The notes beneath the pieces are model-generated. The model worked only from the letters and a program-made list of their open reading frames with translations, searched no databases and was not told where the DNA came from. This document shows, one piece after another, positions 1 through 10,929 of a DNA stretch of 64,000 bases. How positions within the stretch are numbered: the first letter of the stretch is position 1; every line of letters begins with the position of its first letter. The DNA is from Clostridia bacterium (lineage in GTDB: Bacteria > Bacillota > Clostridia > Christensenellales > QALW01), in contig JAFVVO010000019.1 of the NCBI GenBank assembly GCA_017502165.1, positions 63,415-127,414 on the forward strand, written 5' to 3'. Position numbers and translations under genes: made by a program.

Positions 1-840
1 AACGAGCATAGCCGCCTTGTTAACCTGGTAGGGCACCTGATTGATTACAATAAGCTTTTTGCCGTTTTGCGCATTTTCAATAGAAACGTTTGCGCGCATA
101 ATAAGCTTTCCGCCGCCCGTTGCGTAAGCGTCACGAATAGCCTCACCGTTGGTAATTAAGCCGCCGGTGGGGAAGTCGGGACCCTTAATATATTTCATCA
201 TTTCGTCAAGTGAAATACGGGGGTTATCAATCTGTGCAATAATACCATCAATAACTTCACCAAGGTTATGGGTAGGAATATTTGTGGCAAGACCTACCGC
301 AATACCCGTTGCACCGTTAACCAAAAGGTTAGGAAATCTGCCCGGAAGAATATCGGGCTCTTTCCTTGTATCGTCAAAGTTAAGTGACCAGCTTACCGTG
401 TCCTTTTCAATGTCACGAAGAAGCTCAAGGGCAAGGGGAGCCATTCTGGCCTCTGTGTAACGGAAAGCGGCGGCAGAGTCACCGTCAATGGAGCCAAAGT
501 TGCCGTGACCGTCAACCAAGGGTGCGCGCATAACGAAATCCTGCGCCATACGAACCATGGTTTCGTAAATTGAAGAGTCACCGTGGGGGTGGTATTTTGC
601 CATGGTTTCGCCTACGATATTTGCCGATTTCTTAAAGGGCTTATCGGGGGTAAGACCCTGCTCGTACATAACGTAAAGCACACGGCGCTGAACGGGCTTT
701 AAGCCGTCTTCAACACGGGGCAGAGCACGCTCTAAAATTACGTGTTCGGAATAGGGAATCATGGAATTGTGCATAACGCTTTCCATGGTTTGAGTAAGAA
801 TTATACTGTTATCAACTATAACGTCGTTTTTCTTTGCCAT
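1..840 (-). CDS. parC: Type II topoisomerase subunit A, probably topoisomerase IV ParC (5' part only, runs off window)
   Basis: Own translation from ATG at 840: MAKKNDVIV...RALPRVEDGLKPVQRR...KYHPHGDSSIY...DGHGNFGSIDGDSAAAFRYTEAR. TAATG overlap with the upstream B subunit. ParC rather than GyrA is inferred from the plsY context; the C-terminus is not visible. Confidence 0.85.
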   Translation of the reverse strand, partial: MAKKNDVIVDNSIILTQTMESVMHNSMIPYSEHVILERALPRVEDGLKPVQRRVLYVMYEQGLTPDKPFKKSANIVGETMAKYHPHGDSSIYETMVRMAQDFVMRAPLVDGHGNFGSIDGDSAAAFRYTEARMAPLALELLRDIEKDTVSWSLNFDDTRKEPDILPGRFPNLLVNGATGIAVGLATNIPTHNLGEVIDGIIAQIDNPRISLDEMMKYIKGPDFPTGGLITNGEAIRDAYATGGGKLIMRANVSIENAQNGKKLIVINQVPYQVNKAAMLV

Positions 841-2801
841 TATTTCAATGCCCCCGTATCCTTTGCAAATTCGTCAACCTTGTTAAAGTTGGCGTTTTCG
901 ATAATGTACTGTCTGCGAACATCAACCTTGTCGCCCATCAAAACGGTAACTAAACGCTCTGCCTCGGTAGCGTCCTGAATGGTAACCTGCACCAAGGTGC
1001 GCTTTTCGGGATTCAAGGTAGTTTCCCAAAGCTGCTCGGGGTCCATTTCACCAAGACCCTTATAACGCTGAATAACGTAGCCTCTGCCCATTTTTTCTGC
1101 GGCGGCAATACGTTCTTCGTCAGAATAGCAATAAACTAATTCCTTTGTGGAATTTTTCTCTAATCTATAAAGAGGGGGAGTGCCAATATAAACGTGACCT
1201 TCGGTTATTAACGGTTTCATATAACGGTAGAAGAAGGTCAGAAGCAGTGAACGGATATGTCCGCCGTCCTGGTCGGCATCGGCAAGAATGATAATCTTGT
1301 GGTATTTGAGAAGCGAAATATCAAAATCGTCGTCAATACCTGTGCCCAGTGCGGTAATAAGAGAACAATATTCTTCGTTGCCGAGAATTTGCTCAATACG
1401 GCGCTTTTCACTGTTTGCAGGCTTTCCGCGAAGAGGAAGAATTGCCTGGAAACGACGGTCTCTGCCTTGCTTTGCGCTACCGCCTGCAGAGTCACCCTCA
1501 ACGATAATAAGCTCGTTTTGCTCAGGACGGCGTCCTGTGCAGGAGGCAAGCTTGCCGACAAGTGCGGTTACGTCAAGACTGTTTTTCTTTCTTGCAATAT
1601 CCTTTGCCTTTTTAGCGGCTTCGCGGACCTTTGCGGCGGCAACTGCCTTGGCTAAAATAAGTGAGCCGATAGCCTGATTTTTAGGATCGTCCAAGAACTT
1701 TTCAAGCTGCTCGGAAATAATTGCTTCAACTGCAGGGCGTGCTTCAACGGAGCCAAGCTTTGACTTGGTCTGACCTTCAAACTGAATATTCTGCATTTTA
1801 ATAGCGATAATAGCCGTCATACCTTCACGGAAATCCTCACCCGTAAAGTTAGGGTCTTTTTCCTTTAATACTTCGGTGCGACGGGCATAGTCGTTAAGTA
1901 CCTTTGTAACGGCACTTCTGAAGCCCGTCTCGTGAGTACCGCCCTCCTTTGTGGGAATGTTGTTTACAAAGGATACGATATTTTCGTTGTAGGAATCGGT
2001 GTACTGAATAGCGGCTTCCGCGCGGATTCCGTTATATTCACCCTTAAAGAAGATAGGCTCGTCAAAAACGGGGGTTTTGCCTTCGTTGGAGTACTTAACA
2101 AAGTCACGAAGTCCTCCCTGATAGCAGTAATGCTTTTCGTTTTCCTTGCCTTCGCGAGTGTCAATCAGATTGATTTTAATACCTGCATTTAAGAAGGCAA
2201 GCTCCTTTAATCTGCGTGCGATAGTTTCAAAATTAAAGGTTACCGTGCCGAAAACCAGCTTGTCGGGCTTAAAGGAAACCAATGAGCCGTGCTTGGCGCA
2301 GGTACCAACCTTAGCAAGATGGGATTTTGTAGCGCCTGAGATAATGCTTTTTTTATCTTCTGTGTACTGACGCTCAAATTCTGCACGGTAGGTTTTATAA
2401 TCCTTATAAACCTCAACGGTGGTCCACTCAGAAAGAGCGTTAACTACCGATGCGCCTACACCGTGAAGTCCTCCGCTGTATTCGTATTGGGCATTATCGA
2501 ATTTTCCGCCTGCGTGAAGCTGTGTAAAAATAACTTCAACACCTGAAATTCCTTTCTGAGGGTGAATGTCAACGGGCATACCGCGTCCGTTATCCTCAAC
2601 CGACGCAACGTTGTCAGAAGAAAGAGTAACGGTAATTTCATCGGCAAAGCCGTTAGCAGCTTCGTCAATTGCGTTGTCAACGATTTCCCAAAGAAGATGG
2701 TGCATACCGTCAGGTCCGGTAGTGCCGATATACATACCGGGACGCATACGAACTGCGTCCAAGCCCTCAAGAATTTTTATATCTTTTGCATTATAAGCCA
2801 T
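840..2801 (-). CDS. parE: Type II topoisomerase subunit B, probably ParE
   Basis: GHKL motifs (EIVDNAIDE, DNGRGMP, GGLHGVGASVVNALS), TOPRIM EGDSAGG and DADQDG, QRYKGLGEM. ParE versus GyrB is inferred from context. Confidence 0.85.
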   Translation of the reverse strand: MAYNAKDIKILEGLDAVRMRPGMYIGTTGPDGMHHLLWEIVDNAIDEAANGFADEITVTLSSDNVASVEDNGRGMPVDIHPQKGISGVEVIFTQLHAGGKFDNAQYEYSGGLHGVGASVVNALSEWTTVEVYKDYKTYRAEFERQYTEDKKSIISGATKSHLAKVGTCAKHGSLVSFKPDKLVFGTVTFNFETIARRLKELAFLNAGIKINLIDTREGKENEKHYCYQGGLRDFVKYSNEGKTPVFDEPIFFKGEYNGIRAEAAIQYTDSYNENIVSFVNNIPTKEGGTHETGFRSAVTKVLNDYARRTEVLKEKDPNFTGEDFREGMTAIIAIKMQNIQFEGQTKSKLGSVEARPAVEAIISEQLEKFLDDPKNQAIGSLILAKAVAAAKVREAAKKAKDIARKKNSLDVTALVGKLASCTGRRPEQNELIIVEGDSAGGSAKQGRDRRFQAILPLRGKPANSEKRRIEQILGNEEYCSLITALGTGIDDDFDISLLKYHKIIILADADQDGGHIRSLLLTFFYRYMKPLITEGHVYIGTPPLYRLEKNSTKELVYCYSDEERIAAAEKMGRGYVIQRYKGLGEMDPEQLWETTLNPEKRTLVQVTIQDATEAERLVTVLMGDKVDVRRQYIIENANFNKVDEFAKDTGALK

Positions 2802-2816
2802 CAGATAACCTCCGAA

Positions 2817-3455
2817 TTATTTGAATATATCAACTTTCTTTTCTTCGCCTTTAATTAAACGCACAAGGTTTTGTCTGTGCATAAATACCATAAGAACGAA
2901 TAAGAACCACAAAACACATATTTCGATTATATCGCCCTGAGCGTCAAAAATGGTGTACGCCGTTGCCGATAAAAACATAATCGACATTGAAACAACCGAG
3001 TAAAGACGGATATAAATATTTGAAATTGCCGCAATGGCAATAAAAATAACGCCTAAAATAGGATTCATAACCGCTAAAAGACCAAGAGAGCTTGAAACCC
3101 CCTTGCCGCCCTTAAAGCCCATCGTAACGGGGAAATTGTGGCCAAGAATGGAAGCGACGCCGCCAACGAAGATTTCAGGGGAAGTAAAACCGTAGAAAAT
3201 GTTGAAATCTTCAAAGGTCTTACCTAAAATAACGTAGCCTAAAATTGCCGCTATAACGGTTTTAAGTGCGTCACCCAAGAAAACGGGTACTGCGTACTTT
3301 AAGCCGAAATTGCGCAAAATGTTAGTTGCTCCCGCATTACCGCTGCCAAGAGTGCGGATGTCCTTATTGGCAAGCTTTTTTGCCATTAAGTTTGAGCAGG
3401 AAATGTTTCCTAAAAAGTAACCGATTAAAATAGCAAGAATATACCGAAAAACCAT
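2817..3455 (-). CDS. plsY: Glycerol-3-phosphate acyltransferase PlsY
   Basis: GSGNAGATN and GHNFP..FKGGKGV motifs; multi-TM; follows der. Confidence 0.95.
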   Translation of the reverse strand: MVFRYILAILIGYFLGNISCSNLMAKKLANKDIRTLGSGNAGATNILRNFGLKYAVPVFLGDALKTVIAAILGYVILGKTFEDFNIFYGFTSPEIFVGGVASILGHNFPVTMGFKGGKGVSSSLGLLAVMNPILGVIFIAIAAISNIYIRLYSVVSMSIMFLSATAYTIFDAQGDIIEICVLWFLFVLMVFMHRQNLVRLIKGEEKKVDIFK

Positions 3456-4777
3456 TAATCTTCTTTCTCCTTTTCTCTCAATATCAGGTTAATGGGTGTG
3501 CCTCTGAAGCCAAAAGCTTCGCGGAAGCTGTTTTCAAGATATCTTTTGTATGAAAAGTGCATTAAGTTTGCGTCATTTACAAATAAAATAAACGTTGGGG
3601 GCTTAATTGCAACCTGGGCCGCATATTTGATTTTAAGCCGTCTGCCGTTTTTGGTGGGCGGCTCGTTTAACATTAAAGCGTCGGAAAGGGTATCGTTAAG
3701 TACGCCCGTTGAAATGCGCTTTGAAGCAGATTCGTTGATCTCATCTACCATAGACAAAATCTTGTGGGTGCGCTGTCCCGTCTGGGCAGAAATGAAAATG
3801 TAGTCAACGTAATCCATAAACGCTAAATCTGCGCGCATTTTCTTTTTGAATTTTTCGCTTGTATTTGTATCCTTTTCAATCAAATCCCATTTGTTAACCA
3901 CTATAAGCGCCGCCTTGCCCTGCTCCTTTACGAAGCCTGCAATCTTAACGTCCTGCTCGGTCATACCTGCGCTTGCGTCAAGCACGATTAAAGCTACGTC
4001 GCAACGGCGGATAGCGTCAAGTGAACGGATAACGCTGTAGCGTTCTATGGTACCGTCGTCAACGGACTTCTTTCTGCGGATACCTGCGGTATCAATCAAA
4101 ACGTACTTTTTGCCGTCCTTTTCAAAGGGAGTGTCGATAGCATCTCGGGTAGTGCCGGGAATATTACTTACTATTGAACGGTTCTGACCTAAAAGCTTGT
4201 TAACAAGCGAGGATTTTCCTGCGTTAGGCTTGCCCACTACGGCAATTTTGATTGTGTCGTCGTTTGCCTCTTCCTCCAGGTTGTGGGGGAAGTTTTCAAC
4301 GATTCTGTCAAGCAAATCACCAATTCCCAGCATATTAAGTGCGGAAATGGCGCAAGGCTCGCCTAAACCGAGGGAATAGAAATCGTAAACGTTGTCGTCC
4401 TGAGTAGGACCGTCAACCTTGTTAACAACTAAAATGATGTTATCGTGCTTCTTGCGAAGAAAATCGGCAACGTCGCTGTCGGCTGAAAGCATACCCTGAC
4501 GGGCATCGGTAAAAAACAGAATAACGTCAGCCGTTTCAACGGCAATTTCTGCCTGCTTCAGCATTTCGGAATAGAAAACGTCGTCGCTTTTCAGCTCAAT
4601 ACCGCCCGTATCAACTAAAGTGAAGGTGTAGTCCAGCCAAGTAACGTCGGTGTAGATTCTGTCTCTCGTTACGCCGGGAGTATCTTCTACTATGGACAGG
4701 CGCTTGCCTGACATTTTATTAAAGAACGTGGATTTTCCCACGTTAGGTCTGCCAACTATGGCAACAAGTGGCTTCAT
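3455..4777 (-). CDS. der: Ribosome biogenesis GTPase Der/EngA
   Basis: Two G-domains (GRPNVGKS, GKPNAGKS, DTGG/DTAG, NKVD/NKWD) and a KH-like C-terminus. Confidence 0.97.
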   Translation of the reverse strand: MKPLVAIVGRPNVGKSTFFNKMSGKRLSIVEDTPGVTRDRIYTDVTWLDYTFTLVDTGGIELKSDDVFYSEMLKQAEIAVETADVILFFTDARQGMLSADSDVADFLRKKHDNIILVVNKVDGPTQDDNVYDFYSLGLGEPCAISALNMLGIGDLLDRIVENFPHNLEEEANDDTIKIAVVGKPNAGKSSLVNKLLGQNRSIVSNIPGTTRDAIDTPFEKDGKKYVLIDTAGIRRKKSVDDGTIERYSVIRSLDAIRRCDVALIVLDASAGMTEQDVKIAGFVKEQGKAALIVVNKWDLIEKDTNTSEKFKKKMRADLAFMDYVDYIFISAQTGQRTHKILSMVDEINESASKRISTGVLNDTLSDALMLNEPPTKNGRRLKIKYAAQVAIKPPTFILFVNDANLMHFSYKRYLENSFREAFGFRGTPINLILREKEKED

Positions 4778-4818
4778 TTTGTTTCTCCTTAATTGTTCGC
4801 CTAAAAAATTATCTGAAA

Positions 4819-6123
4819 TTACTGAACGCCTAAAATAGCCTTTACAAAGGCAGCGCCGTTGTTTTCAACGGGAGTAATTTTCTTGTTTATCCAGTTTTCA
4901 ACGTCCTTAACGGTTAAATCGTCAAGGAATTTGTTGTCCTGCCGAAGCATAACGTCGCAGATAAAGGTTTCCGAGCCCGTATCCTTGCCGTCAAGCTGAA
5001 CGGCAATATCTCTGCCGGTAAGCAAGCCCGTAACGGTAACGGATTCTCCAAAGAAAAAGTTAGTTATGGGGAAAATGTTAACCGTAAGATTGGGGAAATG
5101 CTCGTTCAATATGTCACAAATCTCTCTCATAAAGCCTGCGGCGGAAACGCCCGTTGCAATGGAAACCTTTCTGTCGGGTATCCAGGGAGGCATTTCGGGA
5201 ATAAAATCCAAAACCTCCTGCCTGAACTTCGCTAAAAGTCCCACGCCGTTTTCAATCTGCACGAAATCCTCGTATTCACTTGCCTGGGGCACGGGAATAC
5301 CTGCTAAAACGTAAAATTCATCTGATGGGAAAATGAAACGGGTACCCTTAAATTCAAGGCAGCTTTCCTGCCATTTTGTTATTTCTTCTACAATGTGCTT
5401 AGCGTCGGCACTTGTAAAGCGCTTAAGCTTTGATAATTTCTTTCTGTGATACGTCAGCCCCACGGGAACTATCGCCAAGGATTCGCAATAGGGGTGAAGA
5501 GTATATAAATCCTCAAAGGTCTGGCGAAGGTGGAAGCCGTCGTTAATTTCGGGACAAAGCACCACTTGTGTGTGGAAATGAATGCCCGCATCGGCAAAAC
5601 GGCGCAAAATTGCCATAATATCCTGAGCCTTAGGGTTACCAAGCATAAATCTTCTCAGCTCTAAGTCCGTTGCGTGCACGGAAATATAAAGGGGAGAAAT
5701 ATGCTGGTCGATAATACGCTGAATTTCCGCTTCGGAAACGTTGGTTAAGGTTACGAAGTTTCCGAACAAAACGCTCATACGCCAATCGTCGTCCTTAACG
5801 TAGAGGGTAGAACGCATATTGGGAGGAAGCTGGTCAACAAAGCAGAAAATACACTTGTTACAGCAATTACGCATAGTTAATAGATCGTTTTCAAAGCTTA
5901 AGCCCAAATGCTCGTGGTCGTATTTCTCAATATCGTAAATCACCGCTTCCTGAGTTTCACCGTCAATAACGGTTATAGACAACTCATTCATAGAGTCATA
6001 ATACTGATAATCCAACAAATCGCGAACGGGTTGTTCGTTCATGGCAACTAAAAAGTCACCCGCCTTTATGCCAAGCTCCTGGCAAACAGAATTTTCATCA
6101 ACGCCGATAATTTTATGACGCAT
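4819..6123 (-). CDS. DUF512-family PDZ/radical-SAM-like Fe-S protein
   Basis: N-terminal PDZ-like segment, CCNKCIFCFVDQLP, YVKDDDWRMS, QIENGVG; typical neighbour of der. Confidence 0.88.
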   Translation of the reverse strand: MRHKIIGVDENSVCQELGIKAGDFLVAMNEQPVRDLLDYQYYDSMNELSITVIDGETQEAVIYDIEKYDHEHLGLSFENDLLTMRNCCNKCIFCFVDQLPPNMRSTLYVKDDDWRMSVLFGNFVTLTNVSEAEIQRIIDQHISPLYISVHATDLELRRFMLGNPKAQDIMAILRRFADAGIHFHTQVVLCPEINDGFHLRQTFEDLYTLHPYCESLAIVPVGLTYHRKKLSKLKRFTSADAKHIVEEITKWQESCLEFKGTRFIFPSDEFYVLAGIPVPQASEYEDFVQIENGVGLLAKFRQEVLDFIPEMPPWIPDRKVSIATGVSAAGFMREICDILNEHFPNLTVNIFPITNFFFGESVTVTGLLTGRDIAVQLDGKDTGSETFICDVMLRQDNKFLDDLTVKDVENWINKKITPVENNGAAFVKAILGVQ

Positions 6124-6158
6124 AAAAATCTCCTTAAATCAAAAATAATCAAAGTGGC

Positions 6159-6980
6159 TTAATCTCTTAAAATAGGAAGCACCGTTTCAAAATCAACTCC
6201 GTACCAAACGGAATCGGGGTTGTTTACGGAAGCCATCATAGCTTCAAACGTGAAGTTTACTGCCGTTTCCAGCGCTTTTTCAAGAGGCTTTTCATTAACA
6301 ATGCAGGAAAATAAAACCGACGCAAAAACGTCACCCGTGCCGTGAAAAACTCTGTCTATCTTCTGCTTAAGACAGCAATAAAACTCGTTTGTGCGTGCAT
6401 TAAAGGCAACGGCACCGCTTTTACCGCTCAGCTCTACTCCCGTAAGTACGCAAACGGGGCAGTATGCGTCAGTTAATTTCATAAGCACGGTTTTAACGTC
6501 TTCAAGGGAAGAATATTCAAGGCTTCCGTCTTTGCCTAACAAAAAGCTTGCTTCCGTTACGTTGGGAACGATTATATCTGCCTTTAAGCAAAGCTCCTTG
6601 ATTTTTTCGGGCAGGTCAGCGCCAATGCCGGAATAAAGCCTGCCGTTATCACCCATAACGGGATCAACAAGTACGGGAGAGTTGCTTCTGCGGAAGCGGT
6701 CAATGAAATTTGATGCCACGTTAACCTGGTCAACCGAGCCTAAATAACCGGTATATATTCCGTCAAAGGTAAAATCGTGCTTAATAAACTGCTCAATGAT
6801 TTTAACTGAGTTATCCGTTAAATCAAAGGATTCAAAGGAATCAAAGGCAGTGTGGTTAGAAAGCAGGGTAGTGGGAATGGGGCAAGCTTCAATTCCGCAG
6901 GCGGAAATAATGGGCAGGGCAACCGTAAGGGCACATTTGCCAACGCAGGAAATATCCTGCAAAGTTACTATACGCTTCAT
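6159..6980 (-). CDS. pdxK: Pyridoxamine/pyridoxal kinase
   Basis: Start reassigned to ATG 6980 (MKRIVTLQDISCVGKC) after a GAGGAG RBS; TGYLGS, VDPVMGDNG, PNVTEA, GTGD. Confidence 0.88.
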   Translation of the reverse strand: MKRIVTLQDISCVGKCALTVALPIISACGIEACPIPTTLLSNHTAFDSFESFDLTDNSVKIIEQFIKHDFTFDGIYTGYLGSVDQVNVASNFIDRFRRSNSPVLVDPVMGDNGRLYSGIGADLPEKIKELCLKADIIVPNVTEASFLLGKDGSLEYSSLEDVKTVLMKLTDAYCPVCVLTGVELSGKSGAVAFNARTNEFYCCLKQKIDRVFHGTGDVFASVLFSCIVNEKPLEKALETAVNFTFEAMMASVNNPDSVWYGVDFETVLPILRD

Positions 6981-6981
6981 T

Positions 6982-7284
6982 TTACTCCTCAAAATCAAAA
7001 AGGAAACGCTCGCAAGCAAAGGGGCGAATAAACTTGTCGGCAACTTCCACGTGGTCGGGATGTACTTGATAGGCTTTAAGGGCATCAACCGACGTAAAGG
7101 TGCTGTCAAGCATCATTTCCGCATTTGAAGGCGCCATTGGTGAAATATTAAGCTTGATCTCGGTTAATCCGTCAATTTTGCCTAAAAGACCTTCAAGCGC
7201 AGCCTTGGCGTTTAGCTTGATTTGGTGCTTTTCTTCAGGAGAAAATTCGTCCTTTAGCTTCCACAGAATAACGTGCTTAACCAT
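6982..7284 (-). CDS. Dabb-family stress-responsive alpha/beta barrel protein
   Basis: MVKHVILWKLK...YQVHPDH...FDFE pattern. Confidence 0.88.
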   Translation of the reverse strand: MVKHVILWKLKDEFSPEEKHQIKLNAKAALEGLLGKIDGLTEIKLNISPMAPSNAEMMLDSTFTSVDALKAYQVHPDHVEVADKFIRPFACERFLFDFEE

Positions 7285-7466
7285 AATACTACCTCGCTAT
7301 AATATATAATAAGACATATTGAATATATTATAACAGAAAATTCCTAATTGTTAAAGCACTTTTTTTCAAAAAGCGAATTTACATTAAATAAAATCTGTGA
7401 TAAAATAATAAAAAGCCTTGCGACAGAACGAAATCGAGAGACAAACGGTGTTTCAGAGGAATTGAA

Positions 7467-9185
7467 ATGTTAAAATTACTGAAATTTCTAAAATACTATA
7501 AAAAGGAAACGGTGCTTGGTCCGTTGCTCAAGCTTGCGGAAGCTCTTTTGGAGCTTTTTGTACCGCTTGTTATTTCCGCCTTGATTGACGTGGGCATTAA
7601 CGGCGAAGCAGGGCAGGGGTACATAATTAAAATGTGCCTTATTTTAGTTGCCTTCGGTGCCTTCGGTCTTGCCTTCAGCGTTACGGCGCAGTTTTTTGCC
7701 GCAAAAGCGGCGGTAGGCTTTACAAGAAGAATACGCGAAAAGCTTTTTGCGCATATTCAGAGGCTGGGCTATCCTGAACTTGATGCTCTGGGCACCTCCA
7801 CTATGGTAACCCGCCTTACAAGTGATATGAATCAGATTCAAAACGGTGTTAACCTCTCATTGCGTCTGTTGCTTCGTTCACCCTTTGTGGTCTTCGGCGC
7901 AATGATTATGGCGTTTTTTGTTGACGTTCAGCTTGCACTTATTTTCGTTGTAGTAATTCCCGTTTTAGCAATCGTAGTTTTTTCAATAATGCTTGCATCC
8001 ATTCCCCTTTATAAGAAGGTACAACAGAAGTTGGACTCTGTTTTGGCAAGCGTTCGCGAAAATTTAACGGGAGTTCGAGTTGTCCGCGCCTTCTGCAAGG
8101 AGGAGGATGAGCAACAAAACTTCAACGATAAAAACAGAGAGCTTGTTTCAAAACAAGTGACTGTTGGCCGAATATCTGCACTTATGAACCCATTAACATA
8201 CGTTATAATAAATCTTGCTATTGCGTATCTTATTTACTCCGGCGCCATAAGTGTTGAGGCAGGGGTAATTTCTCAAGGGGCATTGGTAGCGCTTTATAAC
8301 TATATGTCGCAGATTCTCGTTGAGCTCATTAAGCTTGCAAGCCTTATTATCACCATAACCCGCTCCTTTGCCTGCGGAAACAGAGTGCAGGCGGTGCTTG
8401 AAATTGAGCCAAGCCAGAAAAACGGAAGCAATAGGGAATTTGATTTTTCCGCTGATGCGGTGGAATTTGAAAACGTTTCCTTAGTTTACGGCACCGACCG
8501 CGAGCCAAGCATTGAAAACGTTACCTTTTCCGCGTCAGCAGGGCAGGTTATTGGCATTATCGGCGGTACCGGCTCAGGCAAAACAAGTGTGGTAAATTTA
8601 ATACCGCGCTTTTATGACGCCACAAGCGGTACTGTCAAGGTGTTCGGTAAGGACGTAAAGGACTGTGATACGGATGCTCTCCGCGCCTTAATAGGTGTTG
8701 TTCCGCAGAAAAATGAATTGTTTAAGGGCACCATAAGAGAGAATCTTCTTTGGGGCAACGAAAACGCAACCGAGCAGGAGCTTGAACGCGCCATCTTGTT
8801 GGCGCAAGCCCAGGACGTTGTTGCAAGCAAGGAGGGCGGACTCGATTCTATAATTGAGCAACGGGGCAGAAACCTCTCGGGAGGTCAACGTCAGCGCCTT
8901 ACCATTGCGAGAGCGCTTGTTAAGAATCCCAAAATTCTCATTTTAGACGATAGCGCCTCCGCCCTTGACTACGCCACCGACGCCCGTCTTCGCAAGGCAA
9001 TAAAGGAACTTGACGCAACGGTATTCGTGGTTTCACAGAGAACCTCGTCCATTCGCAATGCAGACAAGATCATCGTTCTTGATGACGGTGCGGTTTTAGG
9101 TCAGGGAACTCACGAGGAGCTCCTTGCAACCTGCCCGATCTATAGTGAAATACACTTTTCTCAGACAAAGGAGGAAAGAGTATGA
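7467..9185 (+). CDS. Heterodimeric ABC exporter subunit (TMD+NBD, degenerate Walker B)
   Basis: Multi-TM domain, GGTGSGKT, LSGGQRQR, ILDDS. Confidence 0.93.
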   Translation: MLKLLKFLKYYKKETVLGPLLKLAEALLELFVPLVISALIDVGINGEAGQGYIIKMCLILVAFGAFGLAFSVTAQFFAAKAAVGFTRRIREKLFAHIQRLGYPELDALGTSTMVTRLTSDMNQIQNGVNLSLRLLLRSPFVVFGAMIMAFFVDVQLALIFVVVIPVLAIVVFSIMLASIPLYKKVQQKLDSVLASVRENLTGVRVVRAFCKEEDEQQNFNDKNRELVSKQVTVGRISALMNPLTYVIINLAIAYLIYSGAISVEAGVISQGALVALYNYMSQILVELIKLASLIITITRSFACGNRVQAVLEIEPSQKNGSNREFDFSADAVEFENVSLVYGTDREPSIENVTFSASAGQVIGIIGGTGSGKTSVVNLIPRFYDATSGTVKVFGKDVKDCDTDALRALIGVVPQKNELFKGTIRENLLWGNENATEQELERAILLAQAQDVVASKEGGLDSIIEQRGRNLSGGQRQRLTIARALVKNPKILILDDSASALDYATDARLRKAIKELDATVFVVSQRTSSIRNADKIIVLDDGAVLGQGTHEELLATCPIYSEIHFSQTKEERV

Positions 9186-10915
9186 GCCTTCAGACGTTAA
9201 AAAAAGTTCTTAAATATTTAGGAAAATACAAGATATTACTGTTCATTTCCGTGTTGCTTTCTGCAGTGTGGGTAATTTTAACTCAGTACGTTCCAATTTT
9301 GGTAGGAAAAGCCATTGACAAGGTCGTTGGCATCGGCAACGTTGACCTTGCAGGTGTGGTTACCGTTTTAATTGAAGCGGTTATCATTACGGGAATAGTT
9401 GCCCTCCTTCAATGGATTACGGGCACGCTTAACAACAAAATAACCTTCGGTGTTGTTAAGGATATCCGCACCTCCGCCTTTAACAAAATTCAACAGCTTC
9501 CCATTAAGTATATTGATTCCCATCCCGGCGGTGAAATTGTAAGCAGAATCATTTCCGATACGGAACAGTTTGCCGACGGCTTGTTGCTGGGCTTTACCCA
9601 ACTGTTCACGGGAGTTGTAACCATTATAACCACCTTGGTTTTCTTGTTTACGCTTTCCTGGCAAACGGCAGTTGCGGTAATGCTTTTAACTCCATTATCG
9701 CTTTTCGTAGCTAACTTTATAGCAAAGCGCACCTATTCGATGTTTAAGCGTCAGTCGGAAACGAGAGGTGAGCAAACGGCTTTAATTGACGAAATGATTT
9801 CGGGAGCAAAAACCGTTAAAGCTTTTTCGCGGGAAAAGCACGTTGAAGAAAAATTCAACGAAATTAACGCCCGCTTAGAAGAAGAGTCACTTAAGGCAAC
9901 CTTCTTTTCCTCTCTTACGAATCCTTCAACACGCTTTATTAACAGCGTGGTTTACGCCTGCGTAGCGCTTTTAGGAGGCTTGATGGCAATTTTCGGCGGA
10001 GGAATGACCGTTGGCGGACTTTCCTGCTGTCTTAATTATGCAAACCAATACACCAAGCCCTTTAACGAAATTTCCTCGGTTATAACGGAAATTCAAAACG
10101 CATTTGCCTGCGCTTCAAGAGTGTTTGAGCTTATTGAGGAGCCTCCCAGAAGCAAGGACGGTGACGAGGAGTTAACTGACGTTGAGGGCGTAATAGAGCT
10201 TGAAAACGTTTCCTTTGCCTATAGCAAGGAAAGACCGCTAATACAAAATCTCAATTTATCCGTTGCAAGCGGAAAGCGTGTTGCAATCGTCGGTCCTACG
10301 GGATGCGGAAAAACCACCCTTATAAACCTTTTGATGAGGTTTTACGACGTTGACGAGGGCGCAATTTCCGTTGACGGCAAAAATATAAATCAGGTAACAA
10401 GAAAGAGTCTTCGCACCAGCTACGGTATGGTTTTGCAGGAAACGTGGCTTAAATCGGGCACCATAAAGGAAAATATTGCCTTTGGTAAGGAAGACGCTAC
10501 GGACGAAGAAATCATTGCCGCCGCAAAAGCCGCCCATGCACATACCTTTATTAAGAGAATGCCCAATGGATACGATACCGTCATCGGTGAGGACGGCGGA
10601 AGCTTATCTCAGGGCCAAAAACAGCTTTTATGTATTGCACGAATTATGCTTTCACTTCCGCCAATGCTTATTTTGGACGAAGCCACCTCAAGCATTGATA
10701 CGAGAACAGAGCAGAAAATTCAGTCTGCCTTCCAAAAAATGATGCAGGGCAGAACAAGCTTTATAGTTGCTCACCGCCTTTCGACCATTGAAAGCGCTGA
10801 CGTTATCTTGGTTATGAAGGACGGTAACGTTATCGAGCAGGGCACTCACAAGGAGCTGCTTGATAAAAAAGGCTTCTATTTTGAACTTTATAACAGTCAG
10901 TTTGAGCAAGCGTAA
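9182..10915 (+). CDS. Heterodimeric ABC exporter subunit (TMD+NBD)
   Basis: GPTGCGKT, LSQGQKQ, ILDEAT; 4-nt overlap with its partner. Confidence 0.93.
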   Translation: MSLQTLKKVLKYLGKYKILLFISVLLSAVWVILTQYVPILVGKAIDKVVGIGNVDLAGVVTVLIEAVIITGIVALLQWITGTLNNKITFGVVKDIRTSAFNKIQQLPIKYIDSHPGGEIVSRIISDTEQFADGLLLGFTQLFTGVVTIITTLVFLFTLSWQTAVAVMLLTPLSLFVANFIAKRTYSMFKRQSETRGEQTALIDEMISGAKTVKAFSREKHVEEKFNEINARLEEESLKATFFSSLTNPSTRFINSVVYACVALLGGLMAIFGGGMTVGGLSCCLNYANQYTKPFNEISSVITEIQNAFACASRVFELIEEPPRSKDGDEELTDVEGVIELENVSFAYSKERPLIQNLNLSVASGKRVAIVGPTGCGKTTLINLLMRFYDVDEGAISVDGKNINQVTRKSLRTSYGMVLQETWLKSGTIKENIAFGKEDATDEEIIAAAKAAHAHTFIKRMPNGYDTVIGEDGGSLSQGQKQLLCIARIMLSLPPMLILDEATSSIDTRTEQKIQSAFQKMMQGRTSFIVAHRLSTIESADVILVMKDGNVIEQGTHKELLDKKGFYFELYNSQFEQA

Positions 10916-10929
10916 ATAAATCACAAAAA

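Noticed and set aside
4819-6123. Radical SAM maturase for the peptide
   Set aside because: DUF512 gene in its usual der-linked housekeeping context, about 38 kb away, with no RRE or SPASM domain.
6981-7109. Extended pdxK N-terminus
   Set aside because: Overlaps the Dabb gene; the RBS supports 6980.
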